This document shows, in pieces, positions 19,944-29,817 of a DNA stretch of 64,000 nt. The position numbers were made by a program, and so were the translations under genes. Positions within the stretch are counted from its first letter, which is position 1, and every line of letters begins with the position of its first letter. This stretch comes from Escherichia phage sutha: sequence record PV245934.1. One strand, written 5' to 3'. Under the pieces are notes generated by a model that was given only the letters and a program-made list of their open reading frames with translations, was not told where the DNA came from and ran no database searches.

Positions 19944-20108
19944 CGTTAAATGACGTTTTCAATAAAATTCTGGAGTTTTGTGTGAGCATCAACCATGATT
20001 TTCATTTCTTCTTTTGCGAAAGCTGTACCTCTTTCCCGAGCAGAATACTCATAGTCAGAAACTGCATTAGCATATTCTTCAATTAGCTTCATTAAAAACA
20101 TCTGCTTT

Positions 20109-20303
20109 TCAGTTTTCATTATTCCACCTAATCATTTCAAGATATTGAACTAACTTAGCTTTAGATTTATCCAAATCCTTTTTAGCTGCTGCTATACCTT
20201 CGTATGAATATCCTTCACAATGCTCAACTGCCAATTGGTATGAATCTATTTCAACATCACGTACTAATTTAATGATTTTTTCAAACTGTTCGCGTGTCAG
20301 CAT
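20109..20303 (-). CDS. hypothetical protein
   Basis: 64-aa ORF. Confidence 0.35.
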   Translation of the reverse strand: MLTREQFEKIIKLVRDVEIDSYQLAVEHCEGYSYEGIAAAKKDLDKSKAKLVQYLEMIRWNNEN

Positions 20304-20305
20304 AC

Positions 20306-20545
20306 TTAAACTCTCGTATTGTGATCGATAATTTCATCAAGAAACATATCTAACGCTTCTAAAGCATTATCAACTTTAGCTTCAAGTTCTTCAGCGCCTT
20401 TATTTGCAATGCCTGTCGAAAACCAAGCAAAGTCACTAAGTTCCTCGTCTGCTTTGCGAATTAAAGCTACCAATTCTTTAATTTTATCTGCTTGTTCGAT
20501 ACTAATCATTATTCCACCACATATGAAAGAGAGAATATTGCACAC
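20306..20545 (-). CDS. hypothetical protein
   Basis: 79-aa ORF. Confidence 0.35.
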   Translation of the reverse strand: MCNILSFICGGIMISIEQADKIKELVALIRKADEELSDFAWFSTGIANKGAEELEAKVDNALEALDMFLDEIIDHNTRV

Positions 20546-20742
20546 GCCATATGAGTTGCAGCTTCATCACACATATCATAACGTTTCTTAAGAAGTTCTA
20601 CAAGTTCTTCACTGGTAACTTCATCCATGTCGACGAAAAAATCACCATTAATGATGACGTAGATATTTCCTTCTTGATTAAGTGCTTCAATTTTCATGAT
20701 GTTCTCCTCTTTATCTGATAGTTGTATAGTATCACAGCTCAA
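20509..20742 (-). CDS. hypothetical protein (track start is TTG inside promoter; ATG at MKIEAL near 20697 more likely)
   Basis: ORF N-terminus is translated from the early-promoter consensus. Confidence 0.35.
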   Translation of the reverse strand: MSCDTIQLSDKEENIMKIEALNQEGNIYVIINGDFFVDMDEVTSEELVELLKKRYDMCDEAATHMACAIFSLSYVVE

Positions 20743-20755
20743 ATGGAAAGTAAAC
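20726..20755 (-). promoter_or_regulatory. early promoter
   Basis: GTTTAC, 18 nt, TACTAT. Confidence 0.5.
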
Positions 20756-20765
20756 CGGTAAAATG

Positions 20766-20788
20766 AAAAAAGTCTCCCGAAGGAGACT
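20766..20788 (-). terminator. rho-independent terminator (minus strand)
   Basis: Hairpin agtctcc-cgaa-ggagact followed by U-run. Confidence 0.6.
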
Positions 20789-20792
20789 AATG

Positions 20793-21179
20793 TTATTCGA
20801 GGGAAAGAAGATATTTACTTTGATAAAACATTCCAGTAATATCATCTATCGTACTTTGAATGGCTGGAGGCATTTCTTTGTAAATGCTGTTAGATTGGTC
20901 TAGTATGCGATCAATCATTTTAATTGTGTCGGTAGGAAGTTTACTGGCATCTGGAATAGAAGGTGTGTATTTTCTACCAGAATACCCCAAATATTGCTCA
21001 CCAAATTTATCAATCAAATCTGGCAACTCAGAGAAAATAAAATCGTATGCTTTGTGTCTAGCATAACTTTTAGTTTCAAAATGCGCAGAATGAAAATAAG
21101 CTTGTGCAGCCATTAATAAACCTAAGTATTCATCTGCCTTTGAAGGTTTTCCACTTTGTGAAAAGTCGCTGAATTTCAT
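20793..21179 (-). CDS. hypothetical protein
   Basis: 128-aa ORF followed by hairpin terminator. Confidence 0.45.
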   Translation of the reverse strand: MKFSDFSQSGKPSKADEYLGLLMAAQAYFHSAHFETKSYARHKAYDFIFSELPDLIDKFGEQYLGYSGRKYTPSIPDASKLPTDTIKMIDRILDQSNSIYKEMPPAIQSTIDDITGMFYQSKYLLSLE

Positions 21180-21469
21180 TCAGTCTCCAATTTAATGTTC
21201 ATAATTCTAGCGTATGATTGTGCCATCTCCGCGCCTCGCTCTATACATTCAAAATCGGAAGAGCACGGGTCATTTTTATAGGTCGTTCGCATAAAACTAT
21301 AGAACTGTTCAGATGATTCTACGCTTTTATTTTCAAAAAGCATATAAACGTGTCTAATACCAGATTCCATAAATTTATCAAAATGAGGATCGACATTCGC
21401 TTCAATCGGTGGAGATAAAGCAAACGCTAATCCTAGCATGGCAAATAGTGCCGTTGCTTTTAAGGCCAT
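21176..21469 (-). CDS. rI: lysis inhibition regulator RI
   Basis: 97 aa with signal-anchor MALKATALFAMLGLAFALSPPIEANVD...; matches recalled T4 RI and sits next to tk. Confidence 0.85.
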   Translation of the reverse strand: MALKATALFAMLGLAFALSPPIEANVDPHFDKFMESGIRHVYMLFENKSVESSEQFYSFMRTTYKNDPCSSDFECIERGAEMAQSYARIMNIKLETE

Positions 21470-21481
21470 AAAGGCCTCCTA

Positions 21482-21694
21482 TCATTTTTGTCCTGTATTT
21501 ACTTTGTGCCGGTGCACGGCCTTAACTTTATCAAGGTATTTTTCAAAATTTCGCAATCTAGTATAGTCTGCCGGAGATTGGTTGAGTGATACTTCTCGAC
21601 GCAAAGCTGAAATGATATTTCCAACTTCCCTACGAATTTCATCTAATTGAAGAACAGTAAGATTGCGAAGTTGCTTTTCAGTTAATTGTAGCAT
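21482..21694 (-). CDS. hypothetical protein
   Basis: 70-aa ORF between tk and rI. Confidence 0.4.
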
Positions 21695-21736
21695 ATATAC
21701 CCCTTTAGTTAGATAAACCTATTTATAACTTTTGCA

Positions 21737-22318
21737 TTAACCGAGCTTTTTAGTTAATTCATTCCAATGTTTTCTACACAAAGAAACATAAATTTCATCA
21801 CCAATACAGATTTGATCACCTTCTTTAACTGGTGTTCCATCTTCCATTAATCGAGCCGTCATAATCGTTTTTTTACCGCAATGACAAACTGCCTTTAGTT
21901 CAATAAGTTTATCTGCAATCGCCAAAAGTTCTTTAGAACCTTCAAATAATTTTCCGGCGAAATCAGTCCTTAGACCATAAGCCATAACAGGAACATTATA
22001 TGTATCAACAATTCGACTTAATTGATGCACCTGTTCAGTTTTTAAAAACTGGGCTTCATCTACAAATACACAATGAATATCTTTTTGTGCTTCAGCCCAT
22101 TTATAGAACTCAAAAATATCCATATCATCCGTAATAATATTCGCTTCCTGCTTAATTCCAATGCGAGAAACGACTTCACAGACAGAATCGCGAGTATCAA
22201 TAGCAGGTTTAAGAACTAATACACCCATTCCGCGTTCTTTATAATTATGCGCAGCAGTCAAAAGAGAAGCAGATTTTCCAGCATTCATTGCTGCATAAGT
22301 AAAAATTAAACTCGCCAT
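21737..22318 (-). CDS. tk: thymidine kinase
   Basis: 193 aa; P-loop AAMNAGKS; C-terminal zinc-binding CHCGKK...C..H of type II thymidine kinases. Confidence 0.9.
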   Translation of the reverse strand: MASLIFTYAAMNAGKSASLLTAAHNYKERGMGVLVLKPAIDTRDSVCEVVSRIGIKQEANIITDDMDIFEFYKWAEAQKDIHCVFVDEAQFLKTEQVHQLSRIVDTYNVPVMAYGLRTDFAGKLFEGSKELLAIADKLIELKAVCHCGKKTIMTARLMEDGTPVKEGDQICIGDEIYVSLCRKHWNELTKKLG

Positions 22319-22327
22319 ATCACCTTC

Positions 22328-22534
22328 TTAAAGCGTATTCACATAAGCTATTAATTCGTTTTCTTTCTTATCAAACCGGTCAGCAAATTCTTCTTGCTGT
22401 TCGGGAGATAGCGGGCCGTATTCATCATAAAAGGTGTTTGCTTCTGTATGCTCATCTAGAAGTTCATGGATAAGCTCAAACAATTTATCTTTTTGTTCTT
22501 TACTCAGACTCATAACCATGTAACCTTTAAGCAA
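22328..22534 (-). CDS. hypothetical protein
   Basis: 68-aa acidic ORF. Confidence 0.35.
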   Translation of the reverse strand: MLKGYMVMSLSKEQKDKLFELIHELLDEHTEANTFYDEYGPLSPEQQEEFADRFDKKENELIAYVNTL

Positions 22535-22722
22535 TATTCTTCTACATGTTGTTTACGACCTTTCCTATCAATAAAGGTATATTCAACGAATGTTCCAATA
22601 TAGTCTTTATCTACATCATGAGGACTATTAATTGGGCATTTAGTACGGCAAATGCGTTCCCATTGACGAATAATTTCTGCTTTGTTTTTAGGATCAAACG
22701 GATGCGGGTAATGTGCTTTCAT
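22510..22722 (-). CDS. hypothetical protein
   Basis: 70-aa ORF. Confidence 0.35.
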   Translation of the reverse strand: MKAHYPHPFDPKNKAEIIRQWERICRTKCPINSPHDVDKDYIGTFVEYTFIDRKGRKQHVEEYCLKVTWL

Positions 22723-23173
22723 AATCCACCACTATTAAATCAATATCAGGAGTAAACATGTCGATTAATTTAGAAACCTTATCCCAATCACCGCCAGCAA
22801 TACCGCAACCTATGCGTGGAATGTAAATTACTGGTTTAAACAAAAGGGTCTCTGCCTGTAGATTTAATTCTATCATGCAGTTTACTAAAGCACCATAATC
22901 AAGATTAGGACCCGGTTCGTATTGCGTATACAGGTTATAGCATATACCAAATCCCGTAGGACTATGTTTAAAAACAATAGACATATCGCCTAATTTATCG
23001 CGAGAACCGTACTCGGTAGTAGTTTTATCTATTTCTAAAATTTTAGGATAGGCCCTCGCTAATTGACCCGCTACACCTGAACCCATAGTATGAAAGCAGT
23101 TGCACCCGTGCGCAATAATATTACCTTGAAGAAATAGGGCGACAATATCGCCCTTGATATATTTTACAATCAT
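22694..23173 (-). CDS. macrodomain protein (ADP-ribose binding/processing)
   Basis: GDIVALFLQGNIIAHGCNCFHTMGSGVAGQL resembles the macrodomain core (GDIT...NAAN...GGGV). Confidence 0.6.
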   Translation of the reverse strand: MIVKYIKGDIVALFLQGNIIAHGCNCFHTMGSGVAGQLARAYPKILEIDKTTTEYGSRDKLGDMSIVFKHSPTGFGICYNLYTQYEPGPNLDYGALVNCMIELNLQAETLLFKPVIYIPRIGCGIAGGDWDKVSKLIDMFTPDIDLIVVDYESTLPASV

Positions 23174-23511
23174 CTAGTACTCAATCCTCGATTATAAGAA
23201 TCTACCAAACGGTCAACCATTGAATGACAAGCGGCTTTATCTTTCTCCTCCGCAACTGAACATTCTAAGGTATTCCACTTTTTAGCATATCGTTTTAATA
23301 AAGTATCGTTCTTGTATCTGCTTGATTTATCTCTTTCTCCGTCTTTATATGCATATATTAATTTCTGCGCAAATTCAGCTTGGCATGCTTTATTTTTCCC
23401 ACAATAATCCGCGGCAGTACGGTTTACATACTCTCTAATTTCAGTATATGATGTATTTGCTAACGCAGAAAATGAAATTAATCCTATACATAAAACCAAA
23501 ATTTTAGTCAT
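23170..23511 (-). CDS. secreted small protein
   Basis: Signal peptide MTKILVLCIGLISFSALA; several Cys. Confidence 0.45.
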   Translation of the reverse strand: MTKILVLCIGLISFSALANTSYTEIREYVNRTAADYCGKNKACQAEFAQKLIYAYKDGERDKSSRYKNDTLLKRYAKKWNTLECSVAEEKDKAACHSMVDRLVDSYNRGLSTR

Positions 23512-24049
23512 TTACTATTTCCAAAAGTTTATTATTTTTAAGGTAGTTAGCCTTTTCTAGGACTTCAGAAGCATATTTAGAACCTGCTTTAACATTCCAT
23601 CCCGAATTATAAGAGGATATCGCCTTTCTTATATCGCCCTTATGTATATTTAACCAATAAGAAAGTTCAATGTACGCCCAGGAAGCTGAATTGGACCGTT
23701 TATTCAACATTCTTTTTATTTCGGCATCGGTCATATTATAACCAAGTTCCTTAACTCTTGCTCGCATAGTTGGCAAATAATTTTGGAACATTCCATAGGC
23801 ATGATGTTTTGGTTTAGATTTTAAATTAACTCCGGCAGAGCTTTCTTGCCATAAAATAGCAGCCATTATATGACCTAATCCGCTCTTGTGGATATTTTTA
23901 TGTGTTTTATATTTTCCATCCTTAGAAAATTGTTCCCCGAATTGATACGCGTAACGCATGTTATCGAGTTGGACATTACTGAAAGTATGCTCGGAGCTAT
24001 GTGCCATCATTGAAATGGCCAATAGACCAGCGAGTAGTGCTTTTCTCAT
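23504..24049 (-). CDS. periplasmic lytic-transglycosylase-like protein
   Basis: Signal peptide, then ILWQESSAGVN and AYGMFQ motifs resembling the SLT/family-1 catalytic ES...GLMQ pattern. Confidence 0.5.
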   Translation of the reverse strand: MRKALLAGLLAISMMAHSSEHTFSNVQLDNMRYAYQFGEQFSKDGKYKTHKNIHKSGLGHIMAAILWQESSAGVNLKSKPKHHAYGMFQNYLPTMRARVKELGYNMTDAEIKRMLNKRSNSASWAYIELSYWLNIHKGDIRKAISSYNSGWNVKAGSKYASEVLEKANYLKNNKLLEIVND

Positions 24050-24056
24050 GCTTACC

Positions 24057-24518
24057 TCATTGAGTTTTAATTACTGCTTTAGAAGCCTTTCCCGGTAAAC
24101 GACGACTATTGATAATTGCCATCCTGCACTGAAGTGACGGGTCTTTGAACTTCGCATTAGGTTTACAAACTGTAAATCCAAGCCAAAGATTTCCATCTGT
24201 GATTTCTAAACGTCCAGGACGATATTCAACCCCATCAATAAAATCCTCGTCAATGTCAGGACGCGGAGGCATACTCAGGAATTCATTAACTTCTAAAACA
24301 TGGTCTTTTATTTTGTGGAATAATTCAAAAACATATGTCTCATCAATCTCCCGTTGAATTGCACGATCAAGAAGATGCTGAGAATATTTTAGATGAAACG
24401 ATGAGACCCCTGCTGCTTTTGATGCCTCACGAATCTCATTGTTAATTTGACGAAACTCCGACTCAAAGTGACGACGGAGCTTATTTCGACGGATAAAAAC
24501 TTCTGTGTTGATAGTCAT
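24057..24518 (-). CDS. regB: RegB-like endoribonuclease (by size, position and recollection)
   Basis: 153 aa, preceded by a perfect early promoter (GTTTAC N18 TATAAT); lies between tk and e as regB does in T4. Confidence 0.55.
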   Translation of the reverse strand: MTINTEVFIRRNKLRRHFESEFRQINNEIREASKAAGVSSFHLKYSQHLLDRAIQREIDETYVFELFHKIKDHVLEVNEFLSMPPRPDIDEDFIDGVEYRPGRLEITDGNLWLGFTVCKPNAKFKDPSLQCRMAIINSRRLPGKASKAVIKTQ

Positions 24519-24545
24519 GTTATTCTCCTCTTAACTGATAGAAAA

Positions 24546-24575
24546 ATTATACCACAGTCAAGAGGAAAAGTAAAC
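24546..24575 (-). promoter_or_regulatory. early promoter upstream of regB-like gene
   Basis: GTTTAC, 18 nt, TATAAT (consensus -10). Confidence 0.55.
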
Positions 24576-24577
24576 AG

Positions 24578-24898
24578 TTATTCTTTAAATCTAATCAATT
24601 TATTCATAGACTTTGTAACTTCTGCACGAACCTCATGTAGATTTTTGAGCTGTTCAAGACGTTGCTCATAGTAAGCAATTTCATCTTCTTCGAGACAGTC
24701 CTGCGAATCTTCTTTAAGATAACGTGCATAGTCCTGGAAAGCTTTACGGACTACTTCCTGGAAGTCATCAAGACTTTGAATTTTCTTAGGAGCAACAGAT
24801 ACACGACGAGGGGCAGTATAATACTCATAACCAAACCCTGCGCTTAATTGAGCCATTAATATTTTTCCTCTGGTTGGAACACAGCACGACAAGCCCAC
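24578..24898 (-). CDS. hypothetical protein
   Basis: 106-aa ORF. Confidence 0.4.
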   Translation of the reverse strand: MGLSCCVPTRGKILMAQLSAGFGYEYYTAPRRVSVAPKKIQSLDDFQEVVRKAFQDYARYLKEDSQDCLEEDEIAYYEQRLEQLKNLHEVRAEVTKSMNKLIRFKE

Positions 24899-25122
24899 AT
24901 ACTGGCTTCTTTGAGTTTCGTTTTAGCAATAGTTAACTGATCAAGACTTTCAGCATAATTCTTCGCGAATTCACAGTCTTCACAATTATCTAGTGCTTCC
25001 CAGAATTCATCATATAAAGCATCAAAGATAAGTCCTAAACGAACTTCAGCATCTTTGATAGCATTCACTTTACCGATTTTCTCTTCAGTATGTGGATTAT
25101 AACCCTTAATATCTTCAATCAT
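24856..25122 (-). CDS. hypothetical protein
   Basis: 88-aa acidic ORF. Confidence 0.4.
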   Translation of the reverse strand: MIEDIKGYNPHTEEKIGKVNAIKDAEVRLGLIFDALYDEFWEALDNCEDCEFAKNYAESLDQLTIAKTKLKEASMWACRAVFQPEEKY

Positions 25123-25336
25123 ATTTTACTTCCTCACCAGTACCCAAATCATATTCAACTAAACGAATAGGTTCATGAATGCCATATCCCTGAACAGAAA
25201 TTTCTGTCGTAGGATAAATTCCACTAATATCACCCATGTTCCATGCTTCATTAAATTGCTGTTCGCCTGAATTACTAAACCACTCGGCGAAAGCATTTAG
25301 CACATCTTTAGAACCTTCAATAATTATCTTTGCCAT
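25115..25336 (-). CDS. hypothetical protein
   Basis: 73-aa ORF. Confidence 0.4.
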   Translation of the reverse strand: MAKIIIEGSKDVLNAFAEWFSNSGEQQFNEAWNMGDISGIYPTTEISVQGYGIHEPIRLVEYDLGTGEEVKYD

Positions 25337-25710
25337 TACAGACTCTCAGTAAAGGTACGAGCGATAACGTCGCGCTGCTGTTCCGGAGTCAGAGAGTTAA
25401 AGCGAACTGCATAACCGGATACACGGATGGTCAGCTGCGGATATTTTTCCGGATGCTTAACTGCATCTTCCAGAGTTTCACGACGCAGAACATTAACGTT
25501 CAAGTGTTGACCACCTTCAATTTTAACTGTAGGTTGTGTTTCAATTTCAATTTCACGGGCATGCAAACCGTAGAAAATTTCTGGGTCTACAAAAGAGTCC
25601 TCTTTAAAGGTTTTAGAGACAATAATTCGTGCTTGAATACCGTCTTCAAAATAAATAGTACCTTTATGCGTGCCTTCAAGAATTTGATATGCTTTCATAT
25701 AACCTCTCAA
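25336..25710 (-). CDS. autonomous glycyl radical cofactor (GrcA/YfiD-like)
   Basis: C-terminal ...[59 protein letters not shown] with glycyl-radical RVSGY motif; this half is GC-rich with E. coli-like codons. Confidence 0.85.
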   Translation of the reverse strand: MRGYMKAYQILEGTHKGTIYFEDGIQARIIVSKTFKEDSFVDPEIFYGLHAREIEIETQPTVKIEGGQHLNVNVLRRETLEDAVKHPEKYPQLTIRVSGYAVRFNSLTPEQQRDVIARTFTESL

Positions 25711-26087
25711 TTAGAAAATAAATTTATCCAAGATTGCTCTTTAATTAAAAATGGCTCAGAATCATATGCCATTAAACTTTGGGTGATTAGTCCTTTAAAA
25801 GGTCCATCAATAAATTCCATGGTAAAATATGGAATTTTATTCATTAATCTTGCATTAGGAGCAGTGCACAAAACTCTGCATCCTTTGAATACGCCTTTTT
25901 GTAATTTGTATTGCTTAGGATAAAATTCGCTCAAGACGTTGTTATTTGCCAAAATTTCAAAATGATTCACCAATTTATTTTTAATAGTTTTTGGCGAAAA
26001 ATAAAGATATTCGAAAAGTTGCGTATCTGTCATCATTGCATTCCGATTACGAAAAACTGTGGACGAGTAATACCACCAGTACAGCAT
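25707..26087 (-). CDS. hypothetical protein
   Basis: 126-aa ORF. Confidence 0.4.
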   Translation of the reverse strand: MLYWWYYSSTVFRNRNAMMTDTQLFEYLYFSPKTIKNKLVNHFEILANNNVLSEFYPKQYKLQKGVFKGCRVLCTAPNARLMNKIPYFTMEFIDGPFKGLITQSLMAYDSEPFLIKEQSWINLFSN

Positions 26088-26623
26088 TTACTATTGCAGC
26101 AGTGTTGCACAGTTTCAATATGAATATCGTAAATTTTATCCATATCAGGAGATTTAACAGGCTCATCGATTATATACAAAATTCGAGAAAGCGATAAACC
26201 TCTGAACTTGCTACCTCTATTACCAACAAAACTACGGACAGAATCAGTAAATAAGCGGAATCGAATATCATCATTAGAATAACGCGAAAATTCTTTTTTA
26301 ATGCGGCCCGCAGAAATTTTAGCGTAAGCTGAAGTATTAGAAAGAACAATAACTGTTCCACCGTCATATAACCAATTAGCGGCAAAATTAGTTACTGCAG
26401 TTGATTTACCGGATTGACGTCCACCATCTAAACGAAGTGTACAATATTCTTTAAATAAATGCGACGAATCAGGTACATAAAATCCACTATTACAAATTTC
26501 TTCTACTCTAGCATCAGAATGGTGTGTAAAAGCATTCATCAGGGATAGATAAGGACCAGTTAAAAATGTTCTCATTTTATTCTCTCTAAATTTGGGCCAT
26601 TCCATGGCGCATGAATTGTCCAT
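26033..26623 (-). CDS. P-loop NTPase-like protein
   Basis: Walker A-like GGRQSGKST. Confidence 0.5.
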   Translation of the reverse strand: MDNSCAMEWPKFRENKMRTFLTGPYLSLMNAFTHHSDARVEEICNSGFYVPDSSHLFKEYCTLRLDGGRQSGKSTAVTNFAANWLYDGGTVIVLSNTSAYAKISAGRIKKEFSRYSNDDIRFRLFTDSVRSFVGNRGSKFRGLSLSRILYIIDEPVKSPDMDKIYDIHIETVQHCCNSKCCTGGITRPQFFVIGMQ

Positions 26624-26716
26624 TTCTGTATTTACCCATTACCGCACTTGGGCTCGACCTTATTACAGGTTGGCGGGAATCCCTCACAGAATCATGAGGT
26701 CCAGGTTGTTCCCATA

Positions 26717-27190
26717 TTATTTGAATGATTTGACGTACTGAATAGAACCTTTACTATTCACGAAAGCGATTTTACCATTCTTATTATACATGGTAGCAGT
26801 ACGCTGATAGCCATAAGTTTGCTTACCAGATTGATAACCAACTAATGCGAAATTATCTTCGCCCATTTTATTCTGTTTAGCGCGAATACGTTCATGACCG
26901 TGTGCCATAAGAACCTTAGCATCGCCAGTTGCAATGGATCTACGAGTTTTTTCATCTTCAACTGTATTAACAAAGTCGTCAAATGAATCAAATTTAGCGT
27001 GAGATTTATTATACAGTTTTCCATCTACTGCATAATTGTATCCTTGTACATCCATCTCAACTTCTGTACCATCATCCAATACAGCAGTGATTTTCTGTCC
27101 TTTTTTAAATTTCAAAAGATCAGTAAAAGATTCAGCAATAATTTGAGAATTAATAGCTGCTTCAGTAATAAATTCTTGATATGTTTTCAT
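26717..27190 (-). CDS. head internal protein with capsid targeting sequence (ipIII-like position)
   Basis: N-terminal MKTYQEFITEAA, the T4 internal-protein capsid-targeting leader; second gene downstream of e. Confidence 0.6.
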   Translation of the reverse strand: MKTYQEFITEAAINSQIIAESFTDLLKFKKGQKITAVLDDGTEVEMDVQGYNYAVDGKLYNKSHAKFDSFDDFVNTVEDEKTRRSIATGDAKVLMAHGHERIRAKQNKMGEDNFALVGYQSGKQTYGYQRTATMYNKNGKIAFVNSKGSIQYVKSFK

Positions 27191-27205
27191 GTGTATCCTT
27201 TAATT

Positions 27206-27523
27206 TTATTCTTTAGGGAAGTTTTTAGAATATGCATCATAAAGCTTATTTCCAATACGGCGGAAAACTTTAGCCGCAAAACGATTTTCTGGGTTTTTAA
27301 TCATGATTTGCATCATATAAGTACCCGCGTCAGAAAGAGCTTCTTCATAGTACCCGTTAATTTCTTTAAGAGTCCTACGTTTACCACCAGGACCATCAAC
27401 AGTGATTTTCCATTTACCCGTAGAAGTGCGACTTGGCGGCTCAATTTGTTCAATCCAGATATAACCACCTTCTACACGTTGTCCTGCAGCAGATTCTGCA
27501 ATAAATTCTTTATAGGTTTTCAT
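27206..27523 (-). CDS. head internal protein with capsid targeting sequence (ipII-like position)
   Basis: N-terminal MKTYKEFIAESA leader; early promoter upstream. Confidence 0.6.
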   Translation of the reverse strand: MKTYKEFIAESAAGQRVEGGYIWIEQIEPPSRTSTGKWKITVDGPGGKRRTLKEINGYYEEALSDAGTYMMQIMIKNPENRFAAKVFRRIGNKLYDAYSKNFPKE

Positions 27524-27560
27524 GTGTTTCCTTTAAATATTTTAATTAGTAATTGTGAAT

Positions 27561-27590
27561 ATACTATCACAGTTTTAGGAGAAAGTAAAC
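27561..27590 (-). promoter_or_regulatory. early promoter upstream of ipII-like gene
   Basis: GTTTAC, 18 nt, TAGTAT. Confidence 0.5.
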
Positions 27591-27594
27591 AACT

Positions 27595-28125
<531 letters not shown>

Positions 28126-28581
28126 TTAAAAGAGGCTGTTCATTATTCGGTAAAGTGAAGGACCCATCACATATTGCCACTGGGTACGAGGAATAAGAGC
28201 AAAAGCGTCCATCTCTGGAATCATAACGCCATCTTTATTTTCAAAATAAGACTCACAATGGCAATTTCTAAACATCTCATGCTCTACTGGAATCGTATAA
28301 TAAAACAACTGTAAGTCTTTATTACTAGAATATTTAAATACACCTAGGTCTTCTAGAAGGTCTGGATTATAATTGCTAAAGCCAGTCTCTTCTAAGCATT
28401 CTCTTTTTGCAGCTTCCAGTGCATTCAAATCAAAACTTTCTACGCGGCCCTTTGGAATATCCCAGCGATGTGCTATCATTCCGGGCTTACGAGAACCAGT
28501 AACTCGTCCCATAAATAAATCTTTATCTTCTGTCATAAAGATAATACCAGCTGATAGTGTTTTCATTTTAATTTCCTGCAT
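28126..28581 (-). CDS. nudE: Nudix hydrolase
   Basis: Nudix box GRVESFDLNALEAAKRECLEETG; directly upstream of e as T4 nudE (e.1). Confidence 0.8.
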   Translation of the reverse strand: MQEIKMKTLSAGIIFMTEDKDLFMGRVTGSRKPGMIAHRWDIPKGRVESFDLNALEAAKRECLEETGFSNYNPDLLEDLGVFKYSSNKDLQLFYYTIPVEHEMFRNCHCESYFENKDGVMIPEMDAFALIPRTQWQYVMGPSLYRIMNSLF

Positions 28582-29051
28582 TCAGTGATAAAGTTATTTA
28601 AATTTTGAGTATATTTCTTTTCATCAAAAATCTTTTGCTGCCTACGTAACCGCCATGGCATTTCAATGAACACGCACCATATTCCTGATAGTACTGCTGC
28701 TGTAAAAATATTAACAAGTATAATTAAAAGAATCCAATCTTCCGTTCTGCCTACTGGACTTTCTCCAAAGAAGCAAAATACAAATGATGTCACAGGAAAA
28801 CTAATGATATACCACAGAATAACCTTCTTATCTGTGAACCAATCAGCGTTCGTTAATTTAGCGCGACCATTATAAATACACACGAATTTATCATCTGTTG
28901 CAGTAGATGGCTTAACTGGTTGATATCCCATTCTAAACTCCCTAATTAATCGTTTCTTTGTATCTTCAGAACAGCCGCTCCAGTCAACTCTATCGACTGA
29001 AATGCCATCGTCCCCATCATCTAAATCATACCAGCGAGTTTTTAAAATCAT
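28563..29051 (-). CDS. membrane protein
   Basis: Two to three TM helices. Confidence 0.45.
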   Translation of the reverse strand: MILKTRWYDLDDGDDGISVDRVDWSGCSEDTKKRLIREFRMGYQPVKPSTATDDKFVCIYNGRAKLTNADWFTDKKVILWYIISFPVTSFVFCFFGESPVGRTEDWILLIILVNIFTAAVLSGIWCVFIEMPWRLRRQQKIFDEKKYTQNLNNFITECRKLK

Positions 29052-29422
29052 TTGATTTTCCTACAATCATTCACGAATTCTTTCATTGATTCATTTTCAA
29101 TATAAGACATGTAGTTATTATATTCTTTTAATTGTATTTTGTAATCCTTTTTTCTTTGCCAATTTATTTTAAAATTATCATAATGAAAATATAAAATAAT
29201 ACTAAAGAATGAAAATAATGAAATCGCTATAGTATAATGAAGTTCACTCCAAACTTCTATTATATCTACTATACCGCTGACGTTACTGCGGATGTTTAAA
29301 ATAATACAGTCAATCGTTAATCCAATAAGACTACCAGCAAGAGCTGCAGCCAACGCCACAGCAAAAATTAAAAATGACTCAGAAAAAGAATATTTGACTT
29401 TATTTAGTTTTGGCTTTTGCAT
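29048..29422 (-). CDS. membrane protein
   Basis: Hydrophobic helices. Confidence 0.45.
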   Translation of the reverse strand: MQKPKLNKVKYSFSESFLIFAVALAAALAGSLIGLTIDCIILNIRSNVSGIVDIIEVWSELHYTIAISLFSFFSIILYFHYDNFKINWQRKKDYKIQLKEYNNYMSYIENESMKEFVNDCRKIK

Positions 29423-29817
29423 CGTGATTCCTTAACAAATTTCATAATTTCATTAAATTCATACATATTTAGTTTAAGCTGGTGTTCCTTTTTAATCTTT
29501 TTACACTGAGCTTTCCATTCACGTACACGTTTACGATAATGCCTTCCTTGATACCAATATCCTACCCAATTTACAGGTACCAATAAAAATGGAACTACTA
29601 ATGGAAGAATTAATACTAACAAAAATATTACGCCAGATTCAATATCAGTCATAAAGTCTATAACCATTCCAACAATCAATAGAATTACAAATGATATAGC
29701 TGTCACAGGACCTATTAATACATCAGTAGGAATTAGCTGACGCTTTAGTTCATACTTCACAGGTTTACTTGGAAGGTATAGTGATGGCTTTGACATATTC
29801 TCTACATTCCTTAACAA
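29404..29817 (-). CDS. membrane protein
   Basis: Hydrophobic helices. Confidence 0.45.
   Translation of the reverse strand: MLRNVENMSKPSLYLPSKPVKYELKRQLIPTDVLIGPVTAISFVILLIVGMVIDFMTDIESGVIFLLVLILPLVVPFLLVPVNWVGYWYQGRHYRKRVREWKAQCKKIKKEHQLKLNMYEFNEIMKFVKESRCKSQN

Noticed and set aside
25330-25923. 197-aa plus-strand ORF
   Set aside because: Antisense to the GrcA-like gene and neighbours in a minus-strand-only region; low-complexity translation; likely spurious.
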